NCBI RefSeq assembly: GCF_006345805.1
Contig: NC_043003.1
Coordinates: 104,780,001-104,844,000 of the forward strand
Length of the DNA: 64,000 nucleotides
Reading direction: 5' to 3'
Source of the DNA: Octopus sinensis
Taxonomy: Eukaryota
The position numbers and the translations under genes are program-made. Of this stretch, positions 47,700-58,535 are shown piece after piece. Position 1 is the first letter of the stretch; each line of letters opens with the position of its first letter. The notes under the pieces were generated by a model that saw only the letters and a list, made by a program, of their open reading frames with translations, was not told where the DNA came from and searched no databases.

Positions 47700-50600
47700 C
47701 CGCCATTTTGTGCTACACTGTTATTACGACGAACCTCGTCTAATATGTGGCACTTGATGAAGAATGGAGTTTGATATAGCTACCCTCATTTGCACCTCTT
47801 GCCGTGAGGTAGGTTCATCTGGGACTCTTGACAGGAAGGGGTCCAGCTTTGATTTAAAAACCGCTACATCTACTTTGTGCAAGTTCCTCAGACCCTTTGG
47901 GAGAATATTAAAAAGCTGTGGGCCCTTGAAACCCAGGCTGTTGCAGAAGCTGGTCTTGAAGCGTGATGGCATTGCTGGGATCTTTGGCACTATGCAGTGT
48001 CGTCCTGTTCTAGCATTGGTGTAGCTTACAATGCCAAAATTTGGCACAATTCCTTCCAGGATCTTCCAGACATATATTACTGCATACCTCTCCTGTCTTC
48101 TCTCCAGGGAGTAGAGACTTAGCTGTTTCAACCTTTCCCAGTAGCTGAGCTGTTGCAAAGAGACGATCTTCTTTGTGAATCTTCTCTGGATTGCTTCAAG
48201 GTCCGCTGTTAATCTCACACTGGTGGGTGACCATAGCTGTGAGCAGTAATCCAGGCAGCTGAGGACGAATGTCTGCCAGAGGACCATCATGGTTTCCTTA
48301 TCTTTGGTTCTGAATGTTCTTAGGATCCATCCAGCCAGTCATCTGCACTTTGCCGCCATCCTGGTAATGTGCACTTGGAAAGAGGTATCCTCACTCATGT
48401 CGATACCCAGGTCCCTCACTGACTTAGGCTCTGGGATTGAAATTCCCTGTGGACCTGTGGACCCTGTAGGTTTAATATTCAGTTTTGGATGCTGGTAGCG
48501 CAGGGCCTGGAATTTTTCAGCATTAAACCGCATATTATTATCCTCAGCCCATCTGTAAATTGAGTCCAACTCCTGCTGCAGGTGTGCAACACTGCTGGGG
48601 TTCTGTATTTTCTGTGAGACTTTCATATCATCTGCATAGCTTGCCAGAGTGGCTATCCAGGCATTTGAGGGCATATCTGAGAGGGCCACTATAAAAAGCA
48701 GTGGTCCCAAGACAGTGCCCTGTGGAACACCACTCACTATTTGTGTGTTCATAAAGGTGGCTCCATTAGCCACTACTGCCTGACTCCTATCTTTCAGGAA
48801 GTCATGTAACCACACTCCAAGTTTTCCAGCTATGCCGAGGTCATGCAATTTGTGGCATATCATACCATGATCCACCTTGGCAAAAGCTTTTGCTTAATCA
48901 AGGTATATTACGTCCACATTTGATTTGTTGAGTAACTGCCTCAACACCCAGTCATAATGCTGTAAGAGCTGGGTCAGGCAGCTCCTACCTGGCTGAAAAC
49001 CATGTTGGGTTTCACTTAGCAAGTTATTTTTTTCAAGGAATGCGATTAGTTTCCCTCTGACTATCTGTTCCATGACTTTGCTGATGTGTGAAGTCAGAGA
49101 GATAGGCCTATAGTTTTTGGCATCTGCTCTATTTCCCCCTTTATGTATTGGGCATATTATTCCCTCCTTCAGCTTGCTTGGCAGTTTGCTATTTGTAAGA
49201 AAGCTCTGGAAGAGGCATGTTTACACGATTTGAGGAGGATTGCTGGGAAACCGTTAGGACCAGCAGTTGAGTTTGTGTCCACTTCATCTATGGCTAGTAG
49301 TACATCTTCTTCGCTAATGTCAATGTATTCTATTGTAACTGCCTCGCTGGTTATAGGCGAGGCGGAAAAGAAGTCCACTGGTTCGTTCACTTGTCTGTGT
49401 TCCAAAAGACACTTTTGAACTGGTCATTCAGTATCTCACTGATCTTAGTTGGACTGTCTATGAGGGAGCCATCCTTTTGGAGGAGGGGTCCTATCTTGTA
49501 GTGTACTGAGGCTGTTTCTTTCGCATAATGAAAGAAGGCCTTTGGGTTTGACTAAATGTTTTTTATAACCAAGGCTTCTTTGTCTGCTTTCTCCCTCACA
49601 TAGGATTGTTGCAGCCTTTTTCCGATCTCAATCAGTGTTGTTTTTAGGCGGGACATTTCGCTACTTTTGGGATGTTGGTTGAGACGATTTGCAACCTTCG
49701 TCCGTCGTCTCATGAGGATCTTCCTATCTCTTGGAATCTTGCTCCTATTTGTTTTGGCCTTGTGCTCTGGGACATATTTCTGGCATACGGCTTGCACAGA
49801 AGACATGAAACATTCTAGTTTCATGTCAATGTCTGGTGTGGAGAGACATTCCGGCCAGTCCTCTCTGAGGATCTCTTTGGATCGATTTCCAATCTGCTAT
49901 GTGGAAGTTCAGATTGGAGAGACTTTGGGTGCTTCCTTTAGGCTGTATGTCTCTGGTTACTTTCGGCCCAAGTATAGACAGCTCTATTATGTTGTGATCC
50001 GAGACTAATGTTGGTGTCACTTTCACATCATGAATGATGTCCATATTGTTCGTGAAGCAGATATCCAGAATGTTATTCGCCCTAGTTGGCTTGAGTACAA
50101 CTTGCTCCATGAATAAGGCATTGGTGAGGTTGAGCAGGGACTCCACCTGTGCTTGATTGCAATGAGTCATTCCTGAGAGTATGAGACCTTCAGGCCATTT
50201 GACGTTGGGGAAGTTGAAATCACCCATAAGAAATATGGTCACGTGGTGTTCCAGATTCATGAGGATTTCTTTAATTCTTGTGAGGCAATCTTCAAACTTT
50301 CCTGTGTGGTTTGGAGCATCAGGTGGCCAATATGTATTGCATATGACTATATTATGTTGTCTTATGTATACAATTAGAGTGTCACATACCGAATTTGAGT
50401 ATGACAGTAAGACCTGGGGTGTGAGGTCATCACGGATGTATACAGCAACTCCACCATGGCTCCTTTCCCTTCTGTCTGTCTGCAGTATGGCATAGTTTGG
50501 TACGTGTACTTCTGCGTCGTCTATGTCAGGGCTGAGGTGAGTTTCCATGAGTGCTATGCATAGGGCTTGATTGCATGCAGTAAAATCTCTCAGGAAAGAA

Positions 50601-51000
50601 CAGGCAACAGGCTCCCAATATTTAGTAAAAGTATTGGGGTGATGACTGTGCAGGCGTTAGGGGAGGCCATCCCGTGTCTGTTGATTGTGGTGGTCTTGCA
50701 TAGTGGTGGGCAAGGTTCCTTGTTTCTGCTTGGTGCAGCCAGGTTAGCTTCTGGACAATCCTTTGCTCCATGCACAAAAAAGACTCTTGTTCAGCTGCTG
50801 CGTTGCGCAGAACATCTGAGGAGCAGACTTCTTTTCTGAATGTTTTCCTGGGAGACATTTCTTGCCTTTCCTCAGTAAAGTTCTTCTCTTTAAGGCCCCT
50901 GTAGTTCTGGCGGGGTTGTCGGGTGGGCAAACCGGCAGTTTTTGCCGTCCTCTCCATGCCAACATTTATAATGCCTGAAGTTTAAAGAAAGTATTTATTT
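47700..51000 (-). mobile_element. Near-complete degenerate CR1-group LINE (APE endonuclease, RT, C-terminus; Cys-rich ORF1 remnant)
   Basis: ETHL, GGVAVYI, GDFNFP.V.W, PTR..NILD, SDHN (APE); SGVPQGTVLGPLLF, YADD (RT); many frameshifts. Confidence 0.92.
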
Positions 51001-51736
51001 ACTGTTACGTTACAATACCTTGCCTCGACGGACAGGTTGATAAATCCAAAAGCATGCGAAAGTTAAGTTTGCTGCAGTAGAATGTTTCTTTACCTAGTTT
51101 TACGTATGCAACTAGATAGTAGTAATTCACAGATAGCGATAGAATGGTGTTGTAAGAGAACGGAATTAGAGCCAGAGAGAATTGTCAGGTATTTGTCTCA
51201 AGTTGCTGACAGTAAACTTCATTTCTCCCTCTGACCAAGGCTGGTCAGCCAGACTACGTTCCTGCTGACTCGTCACCGAGTGGTGACTAACTGATTTTTG
51301 CTTGGGATGTGCTTACTTATATTAAGATCCAGAAGGATAGATATATCGTTGAGAACAATAGATTCAGTTGGTGGTGTTGTTATCTCTATTCTAGCTTTGG
51401 TGAAGCAGAGGAGGTTAGAAAGGGTCAAGTAGTGGAGACATTATTTTGGCGGAGCTAAAGGCATCTGGAAGATGTAAAAACTGCTGTCAGAGAAAAACCA
51501 TTGTTCCATCGGGGGGGGGGGGGAGTTCCGTAGCAGTGTTAGTTTAAATTTGGCTATGGTGGATCGAATCCACTTCATGCATGCAGGATTCGCTACATAC
51601 ATATATATGCATATATATACATCGTATATGTACATACTTACATCTAGAACACACCAAAGAGAAAAAGTTAGACGAAAGTAGGGCAACGGGGAAACTAGAG
51701 AGGGAGGGAGAGAGAGAGAGAGAGAGTATGTGGGTG

Positions 51737-51865
51737 TATAAAGAGGAAAGGAACTGTCAACAGTGTGACATCATTCATTGTAAATATTTATATTCCCTCT
51801 GTGAGGATTGTGGTAAAGTTGTACGATGAGCAGCAGTTGTACCGCTATTCGTTAATGACGTCAGT
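51737..51865 (+). promoter_or_regulatory. Candidate core promoter: TATAAAG (51737), TCATTC/TCAGT initiator-like motifs, full palindromic CRE TGACGTCA (51856-51863)
   Basis: motifs read directly, upstream of the putative exon at 52152; function untested. Confidence 0.4.
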
Positions 51866-52151
51866 CTTCCGAACATCGTTCTTCGGCACCACTTATTCTT
51901 CTCTTCACTTGTTTCGCTCTCTTTCTTCTTCTTCAGACGTCCTCTCTCTCTCTCTCCACAAACATACGCTCACTCGCCTTTTCAGACACAAACCGCTCGT
52001 CATAAACTTTCCCACCAGTTTTTCTGCTTGTCTCTTTCTTTCTCTCTCTCTCTCTCTCTCCACTTCACATATACACCTCTATCTTATACAAACACACACT
52101 CGCCACACTCTCTCTCGCCCCCCCCCCAGTCTCACTTTAACACAAACAATT

Positions 52152-52215
52152 ATGGAAGACGACGAAGAGGAAACTTTCAGTATTGGACTTTCTGATATTG
52201 TCATAAATACACCGG
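52152..52215 (+). CDS. Probable first coding exon of an unidentified gene (MEDDEEETFSIGLSDIVINTP-G); next exon not identified in the window
   Basis: ATG after a CT-rich leader; strong donor CCGG|gtaaga at 52216; promoter-like motifs upstream; product not recognised. Confidence 0.55.
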
Positions 52216-52743
52216 GTAAGAAGAAAAAATATCCAATATCCTCCTCGATTTGCTATTTTATTATCCATAACAATCATACCACAGACATATCTTTCTATAC
52301 ATTTACATCGCTCTGTCATTCTGGTTCCATTCGTCCGATTATGTCTACCACTCATCACCCATTTCTATAAAACGATGCTCGATGTAAGTTTCCAATAATA
52401 TTTTGTACAAAGCCACACCATGGAAACATCGAAGTGTGTATATATGATACTAAATCGATTTCTGCCCATTGATACTTTATTGATCCCTCAGCATGCTCCG
52501 TTATATATACATATATATATATATACGCACGTGTTTGTGTATTACTATATATGTTGATACTGTAACATTATATCAAAGTCCCAGAAATGTCTCCACCACA
52601 CATACGTATGTGTGTGTGTGTGTAAGTGTTTTGTGTATGCAAACGTGTGCCTGTCTGACCAGTTTGTGTATGTATATACACGTTTGTGCACAGGTGCATG
52701 TGTATACACATCCATATTTGAATACACACACACGCACCTTGCA

Positions 52744-52982
52744 TGTACTAATTGAGAACAGTGGTCCCGGTGCGCGCACTCGCGCATCCGCGCCAGCTAG
52801 TCATGGCTAGTCGATCCTTACTTTGTGTTTCCGTATTATTTATTTTGTTTAAAAAATTATTTATTTTGTGTTTTATTTACTTTGCTATGTAGTCGTTGTA
52901 GGATCGACTAGTCACGACTAGCTAGCGCGGATACGCGACTGCGCGTGTGCGCGCACCGGGACCACTGTTCGCCAGTAGTACC
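52744..52982. mobile_element. GGTAC-terminus MITE, second copy; no 8-bp TSD, flanked by an approximately 130-bp direct duplication
   Basis: homologous to 34533-34756. Confidence 0.88.
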
Positions 52983-54379
52983 GTGTTTATGTATATATGT
53001 GTGTGTGTGTAAGTGTTTTGTGTGTGCAAACGTGTGCCTGTCTGACCAGTTTGTGTATGTATATACACGTTTGTGTATAGGCGCATGTGTATACACATCT
53101 ATATTTAAATACACACAGACACACACCGCTGTGAATAATAAACAAAATGGTTTCATGGCAGGCTGTGGGAATGGTTAAGGGATTCGAACGTTTCGATTGA
53201 GTTCGTCGTTGCAATTGGTGTGAAAAGATCTGTTTACAGCTGATGGAAATATACAAACAAGCAAGGGACATAACTACAGTAGGGAAATGTTTTGAAAACG
53301 AGACTGGATCTTGTAGATCTGGCGTAGATCTGGATCCTTCAACAGGTGGAAACTGTGGATATAATTCGGTCTTAGATCTCCATCCTCAGAGGAGTTTATT
53401 CTATCTATTTGCTCAAAGGTGTGTAGCGATTTTTAAATTCTCCATGGAGGATGTACATAGACTAAGACAACACAATGAAATCGAATGATTTGACATTTAA
53501 TATGCAGATGGGATCATTTAAAAAATCTTTCTGAATTTATTGTGATTGCGAATGTTGGAACACAAACAAAGGACATTACGGATGGAGTGGGGGCGGGTTT
53601 AATACTGGCCTGGGTTATAACCTATGTCGCATTCACGAGGGACCTTTCATATGCAACATTCGTGCGACATTCTTCCATCTGTTATCAAACACTTGTCCTT
53701 AGTCGGGCATTTTCTCTCCAGCCCTATTTGTCTCTTAAGGTGAAAGATGAAAAAGTTCACCAAATTAGGGCCAGAGATGAAGATTTAACGAACTTAGCGT
53801 GAATATCTCTTTCTTGTACTTTCGGGGTACAAGAAAGGCAATCACTAGCCGTTGCTTTAATAATCCAGAATTCTACCAGTCAGAAACAACAAGACGCAGA
53901 CGTAAAATATATATATACTACTTTATTCTCTTTCTTGGTAACAATAACAATAAGTGTGTTATCTGATGTCCTTGGTTCTGGGCGCGCAAGGCTGAAAGTT
54001 AATCGATTGTAATATTTACAATATTCAGCCGCCAAAAACAGAACGGGTCAAAATGGCGTCCAGAGGAAGAAGATGATGTCTGCAACAATCCAGGTTAAAG
54101 GCCTTTTGGTAAGGACTGCTAGAAGCAAGTTCGAACGGAGAGAAAATATGCGTGACCGTCTCCTTCAATCGCTGCTGTCCCAAGTCCCCGCTGCTGCTGC
54201 CAGCAGTCAAACGTTCTACGGCCCCTTGCCTCACTAACTGCTACGTAGGCAATAGGGTTCTTCTTCCGGTGCTTCGCGCATGCGCGAGAGGGCCCTTCCT
54301 CTCACTTGGTGAAGGCACCAACACGCGCGAAATAGAAAATGGACGGTGCGCGCGTGCGCGCCGTTATAGTATCACTACA

Positions 54380-54391
54380 AGGCTCCCCTCC
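54380..54391 (-). other. Polypurine tract preceding the 3' LTR
   Basis: GGAGGGGAGCCT|TGTAGTGA. Confidence 0.85.
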
Positions 54392-55902
54392 AGTGCGTAC
54401 GCACGAAAGGAAACTTATTGTAGTGACTGCAAAACTCAAGGTGGACACCAGATAACCAAATAGCACACAATAATATAAAATGGCAAAATTTATAACATAC
54501 ACAAGAAATTTACTAAAGGAAAAAGAGAAAAAATACTCAATGAGCAAAAATCAAGAGTGCATGCATGAAAGTGTATACGTCACAAAGTATAAAGCCTTCC
54601 GCTGTAGGAAGCGGAAGAAAAGGCAGAACTCACAGTTTTTGAACCTAGGCGAAATTAAAATCCAACTTCTCTAAAGGTAGTTGATCCTGCGAAATAGCAG
54701 TTAAATCAATTGCTGCAGGAGAGGAAATGGAATTGACAGAAGCTCGCTAGTAACACAAAAGGCAAAAGTGCAAACATGCTGGTGTGATGCGCGACACAGA
54801 TAATTTTCTGTTATTTACGTGACCAACAGTGGTCTAACAGGGAAAAATAATTACGCCTAAACATGGCGCAGCGCATGTGAACATCCGACGTCCTATGAGT
54901 CGGGAAAAGAATTAAGCTAACGCAAACGTGTTGCAAAAGAAAAGGCAATACACATGCGAAGCAAAAGGCGCATGAAATGCAATAGAGCTTGCCAGACGAA
55001 AAACAGCAATGAATATGCCAGTGGTTGAGCGATTATATGCCTCGTTCGTACAGGAACAAAAGTATGACATGCTGGCGCGTTATAATGGACAAACAACCCT
55101 CTCTATGTATACGTGACCGACCTAGGGTCTATAGAAATGAGGGGTGTCCACAAAAGGCAAATTTAGCATGGAACAAACAAGCGAGAAAAGCATGTGTGAC
55201 GTATGTATGTGAGAGAGAGCATTTATGTGTGTGTACGTGTGTGCGACAGAAATACATACAAGGTGAATGTGAGCAAAATATAAAAACAGCGCATAGAAAA
55301 AATGTCTCTTAAGGCTATTCCAGACAAGAGTTAATTTACCAGTCTGTAATAGCCTGAAGCACAATAGCAGTTCCTTCTGTAACAGAAATGTTGAAATCAC
55401 AAAATGCAGATGCCGGTTGAACACAATGTGTAGCGGTTGTGGCTTCAATGCTGTGACAGGTTAACTGGAACAGAAGAATCTCGTAGATAGACGGTGCTGT
55501 TTATCCTTGGTGTGCATATGCACAAAACAGCGTGCACGCTAAAGTTCCGTGAGTTGCTATGTACATCTTGGTGGAGGTCGACGGTGTTGAAAGGCGACGG
55601 TGGTGGTGGCGACTGTAGTGGACTTGAGACAACATCGTTCTTAGTGATGATGGCGACGAAGATAACGACGACGTGAAGTAGAAAGACGACGATGATGATG
55701 ACGAAGGCAGAGAAAAAGCATCGATGATATGATGGCGTTCGTCATCATGGCTGTAGAATAAGAAAGAGGCTCCTTCTACAACTTTGTGGTGGCCGGAAAA
55801 CAAATCGTCGAAAGATGAATGCGTAGAGTTAAATCGTGTTCCGACTTCGCAGAAAAACTGGATTTTTTTTTTGTTGATAAGTGATCTCTGGTTTTAGACC
55901 AG

Positions 55903-55921
55903 AATCACGTCGGGGTCACCA
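55903..55921 (-). other. Primer-binding site complementary to the tRNA-Trp 3' end
   Basis: TGGTGACCCCGACGTGATT, 2 nt after the 5' LTR; complement of ...AATCACGTCGGGGTCACCA. Confidence 0.92.
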
Positions 55922-57601
55922 GTTTAACGAACTTAGCGTGAATATCTCTTTCTTGTACTTTCGGGGTACAAGAAAGGCAATCACTAGCCATTGCTTTAAT
56001 AATCCAGAATTCTACCAGTCAGAAACAACAAGACGCAGACGTAAAATATATATATACTACTTTATTCTCTTTCTTGGTAACAATAACAATAAGTGTGTTA
56101 TCTGATGTCCTTGGTTCTGGGCGCGCAAGGCTGAAAGTTAATCGATTGTAATATTTACAATATTCAGCCGCCAAAAACAGAACGGGTCAAAATGGCATCC
56201 AGAGGAAGAAGATGATGTCTGCAACAATCCAGGTTAAAGGTCTTTTGGTAAGGACTGCTAGAAGCAAGTTCGAGCGGAGAGAAAATATGCGTGACCGTCT
56301 CCTTCAATCGCTGCTGTCCCAAGTCCCCGCTGCTGCTGCCAGCGGTCAAATGTTCTACGGCCCCTTGCCTCGCTAACTGCTACGTAGGCAATAGGGTTCT
56401 TCTTCCGGTGCTTCGCGCATGCGCGAGAGGGCCCTTCCTCTCACTTGGTGAAGGCACCAACACGCGCGAAATAGAAAATGGACGGTGCGCGCGCGCGCGC
56501 CGTTATAGTATCACTACAAAGATGTCTGACCTTAACCCTTGCATTCTTGTCTTCCATATCACCTGTCTCGCAATTACTGCTACAGAGAGAAAACAATTCT
56601 TACCTTCCGCATGCCTGACACCTCCGAACACTGAGCAATACCGTGCAGAATGGTTTCCCTATCCCGCCCACATCTTGGACAGGTCAGAGTGTCTAGGCAT
56701 CTGTGCCTTGAGAGTTTGTCCCGAACAGGTAAGGCGCTGCGGTAACACTGCTACACCAAAGACTCCTGAAAATTATCCAGGGTCTTCAGCCCGAATGTAC
56801 GTTGGGACAGACTGGCTTGTTGGTTATCATCAAAACCTAGGGTCTCCCCTAATGTATCATCGCATTCTGCCTCTACAAACCCTCTATAAAAGACAGCGGT
56901 GGAACCACTATCACAGGCCTTGCCTGAGTGATGGAAGAGCCAGAGTGCCTTGCGACACTAAGATAGAACCAGGTTTCCCATCCACCGAAACTAGTGAACT
57001 TGGGAAACGTCTGTTTCGCCAGCGAAGACCACACCCGTTCACCATCCAGGTAGAGCCACAGGTGCCTCAGCCTCAGCGCATGCCTGCACATCAACAACCA
57101 AGACATCCCTAGCCCACCCTTTAACGGTTGTTGGCAGCAAATAGAGCGTTTCACAAGCGGTTTCGAGCCCTGCCACATGAAGTGGAAGAGCTGTCTTTCC
57201 AGCTTGATGAACTATGAATCAGGGCAAGGAACGACAGTTAGGCGGTAGGTGATGACCAATGTGATAAATAGATTGGCCACCTCCACCTCCCTTTCAGGAT
57301 AGACCAGGTCGTGTAGATGCCTCAACCAAACTACAGACTGGTGGTTTCCCTCGCTCCCAACTAATAAAAAATCAATGGCCACAACTCCAGCTGTCCAACT
57401 TCCAGCCATCGTTCCTGTCTACCGCAATATTCGGATTGCCTCACATGTTGAGAAACAAAATTACCAGTTCACCTGCCATTTGCTGACGGTTTCTTAAACA
57501 ACAGAAAAAAGAAGAAAAAAACCAAACACACAAACATTTTTTTTCAGCGGACTGCAACACAAGTTTGGTGGCCAAAAAAAAGAAAAACAAAAATTTTTTT
57601 C

Positions 57602-58395
57602 GGATCTTTTCACTTTGACCGGCAGATTTTTAAAATAATTTCTGTGTAACTAAAAAATTTTAAACTTCGTATACTGGTAGAATGTGTTTATAAAACATCT
57701 TTTTCTCTTGGCTTTCTTGAGAAAATTCTGTAGTTTGTAACACATTTGTTGTTTAATTTCTTGCATTTAGGCAATTTCAACCAATCAATGACATCTATTG
57801 AGGTGAATTCAATTTCTGCCATAACATTTTCTGGCAGCGTCATATGAAAATGTCCCTGTTACATATTATATATTCGTTTAAGAAACAGATTGGGTTTATT
57901 TACATTTCTGAAGAAAACAAGATACCCTCCCCACCCACCCCTAACCCTAACCTTAGCCCTAACCCTAAACCTAACCCTAACTCTAACCCTAACGCTAAAA
58001 CAGATTGAAATGCAATAGATCGATACTAGGGTCATAATTATGGGTGGACACTAAAGAGTGAACGGTTTTGTTATCCAGCTCTGTTTACGAGTGACCCCTC
58101 AGTTTATGTCTACAGGGTATCTTTTTTCTCATAAAAAATAGGGACATTTTCATATGACGCTGTCATAAAATGTTACGACAGAAATTGACTTTACCTCAAC
58201 AGACTTCATTGATTGGTTGAAATTGCTGAAATGCAAGAAATTAAACAACAAATATGTTACAAACTACAGAATTTTCTCAAGAAAGCCAAGAGAAAAAGAT
58301 ATTTTATAAACACATTCTACCAGTATACGAAGTTTAAAATTTTTTAGTTACATAGAAATTATTTTAAAAATCTGCCGGTCAAAGTGAAAAGATCC
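57602..58395. mobile_element. GGATC-terminus foldback MITE, copy H (794 bp), containing a telomere-like tract
   Basis: B/C-type TIRs of about 190 bp; D/G-type interior; no TSD seen. Confidence 0.92.
57939..57998 (+). repeat. Ten (CCCTAA)-type hexamers: 6 perfect, 4 variant
   Basis: direct reading. Confidence 0.95.
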
Positions 58396-58535
58396 GTGCT
58401 GCACACAGTACACAAACAGTTCAAAAATTTTGCTACGGAATTTTTTTTTCGTGCACACACATTACTATTCCAGCAACACTTTTGTCAGTTTCTTTGGTCC
58501 TTTTCTTTTCCCTCCTCTGTAAAGAAAAACAAAAC

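Larger units (their letters stand above)
53785..56518 (-). mobile_element. Non-autonomous LTR retrotransposon (LARD/TRIM-like), 2734 bp, no recognisable gag or pol
   Basis: LTRs 55924-56518 and 53785-54379 (595 bp, 8 transitions); PBS; PPT; TSD AAGAT. Confidence 0.93.
53640..57470 (-). mobile_element. Tx1/L1-clade LINE ORF2 remnant (57470-56519 and 53784-53640), split by the LTR element
   Basis: LFHFMWQGSKPLVKRSICCQQPLKGGLG; frame QVIWKTRMQGLRSDIFISGPNLVNFF is restored when 53785-56518 and one TSD copy are removed. Confidence 0.85.

Noticed and set aside
53355-53392. Hammerhead-like CTGAGGA...GAAT-TATA-TC on the minus strand
   Set aside because: GAAT instead of GAAA and no helix I pairing.
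53160-53600. Coding-like segment with faint resemblance to transposase HTH or LINE motifs
   Set aside because: Multiple stops and incompatible partial matches in different frames; needs a profile search.
57555-57575. PBS and 5' LTR end of the Gypsy element (GCAACA...TGGTGGCC)
   Set aside because: Only 7 of 8 nt match a tRNA-Trp PBS, and the upstream sequence does not match the 3' LTR at 63184.
57939-57998. Chromosome end or true telomere
   Set aside because: Only 60 bp, degenerate, and internal to a MITE.
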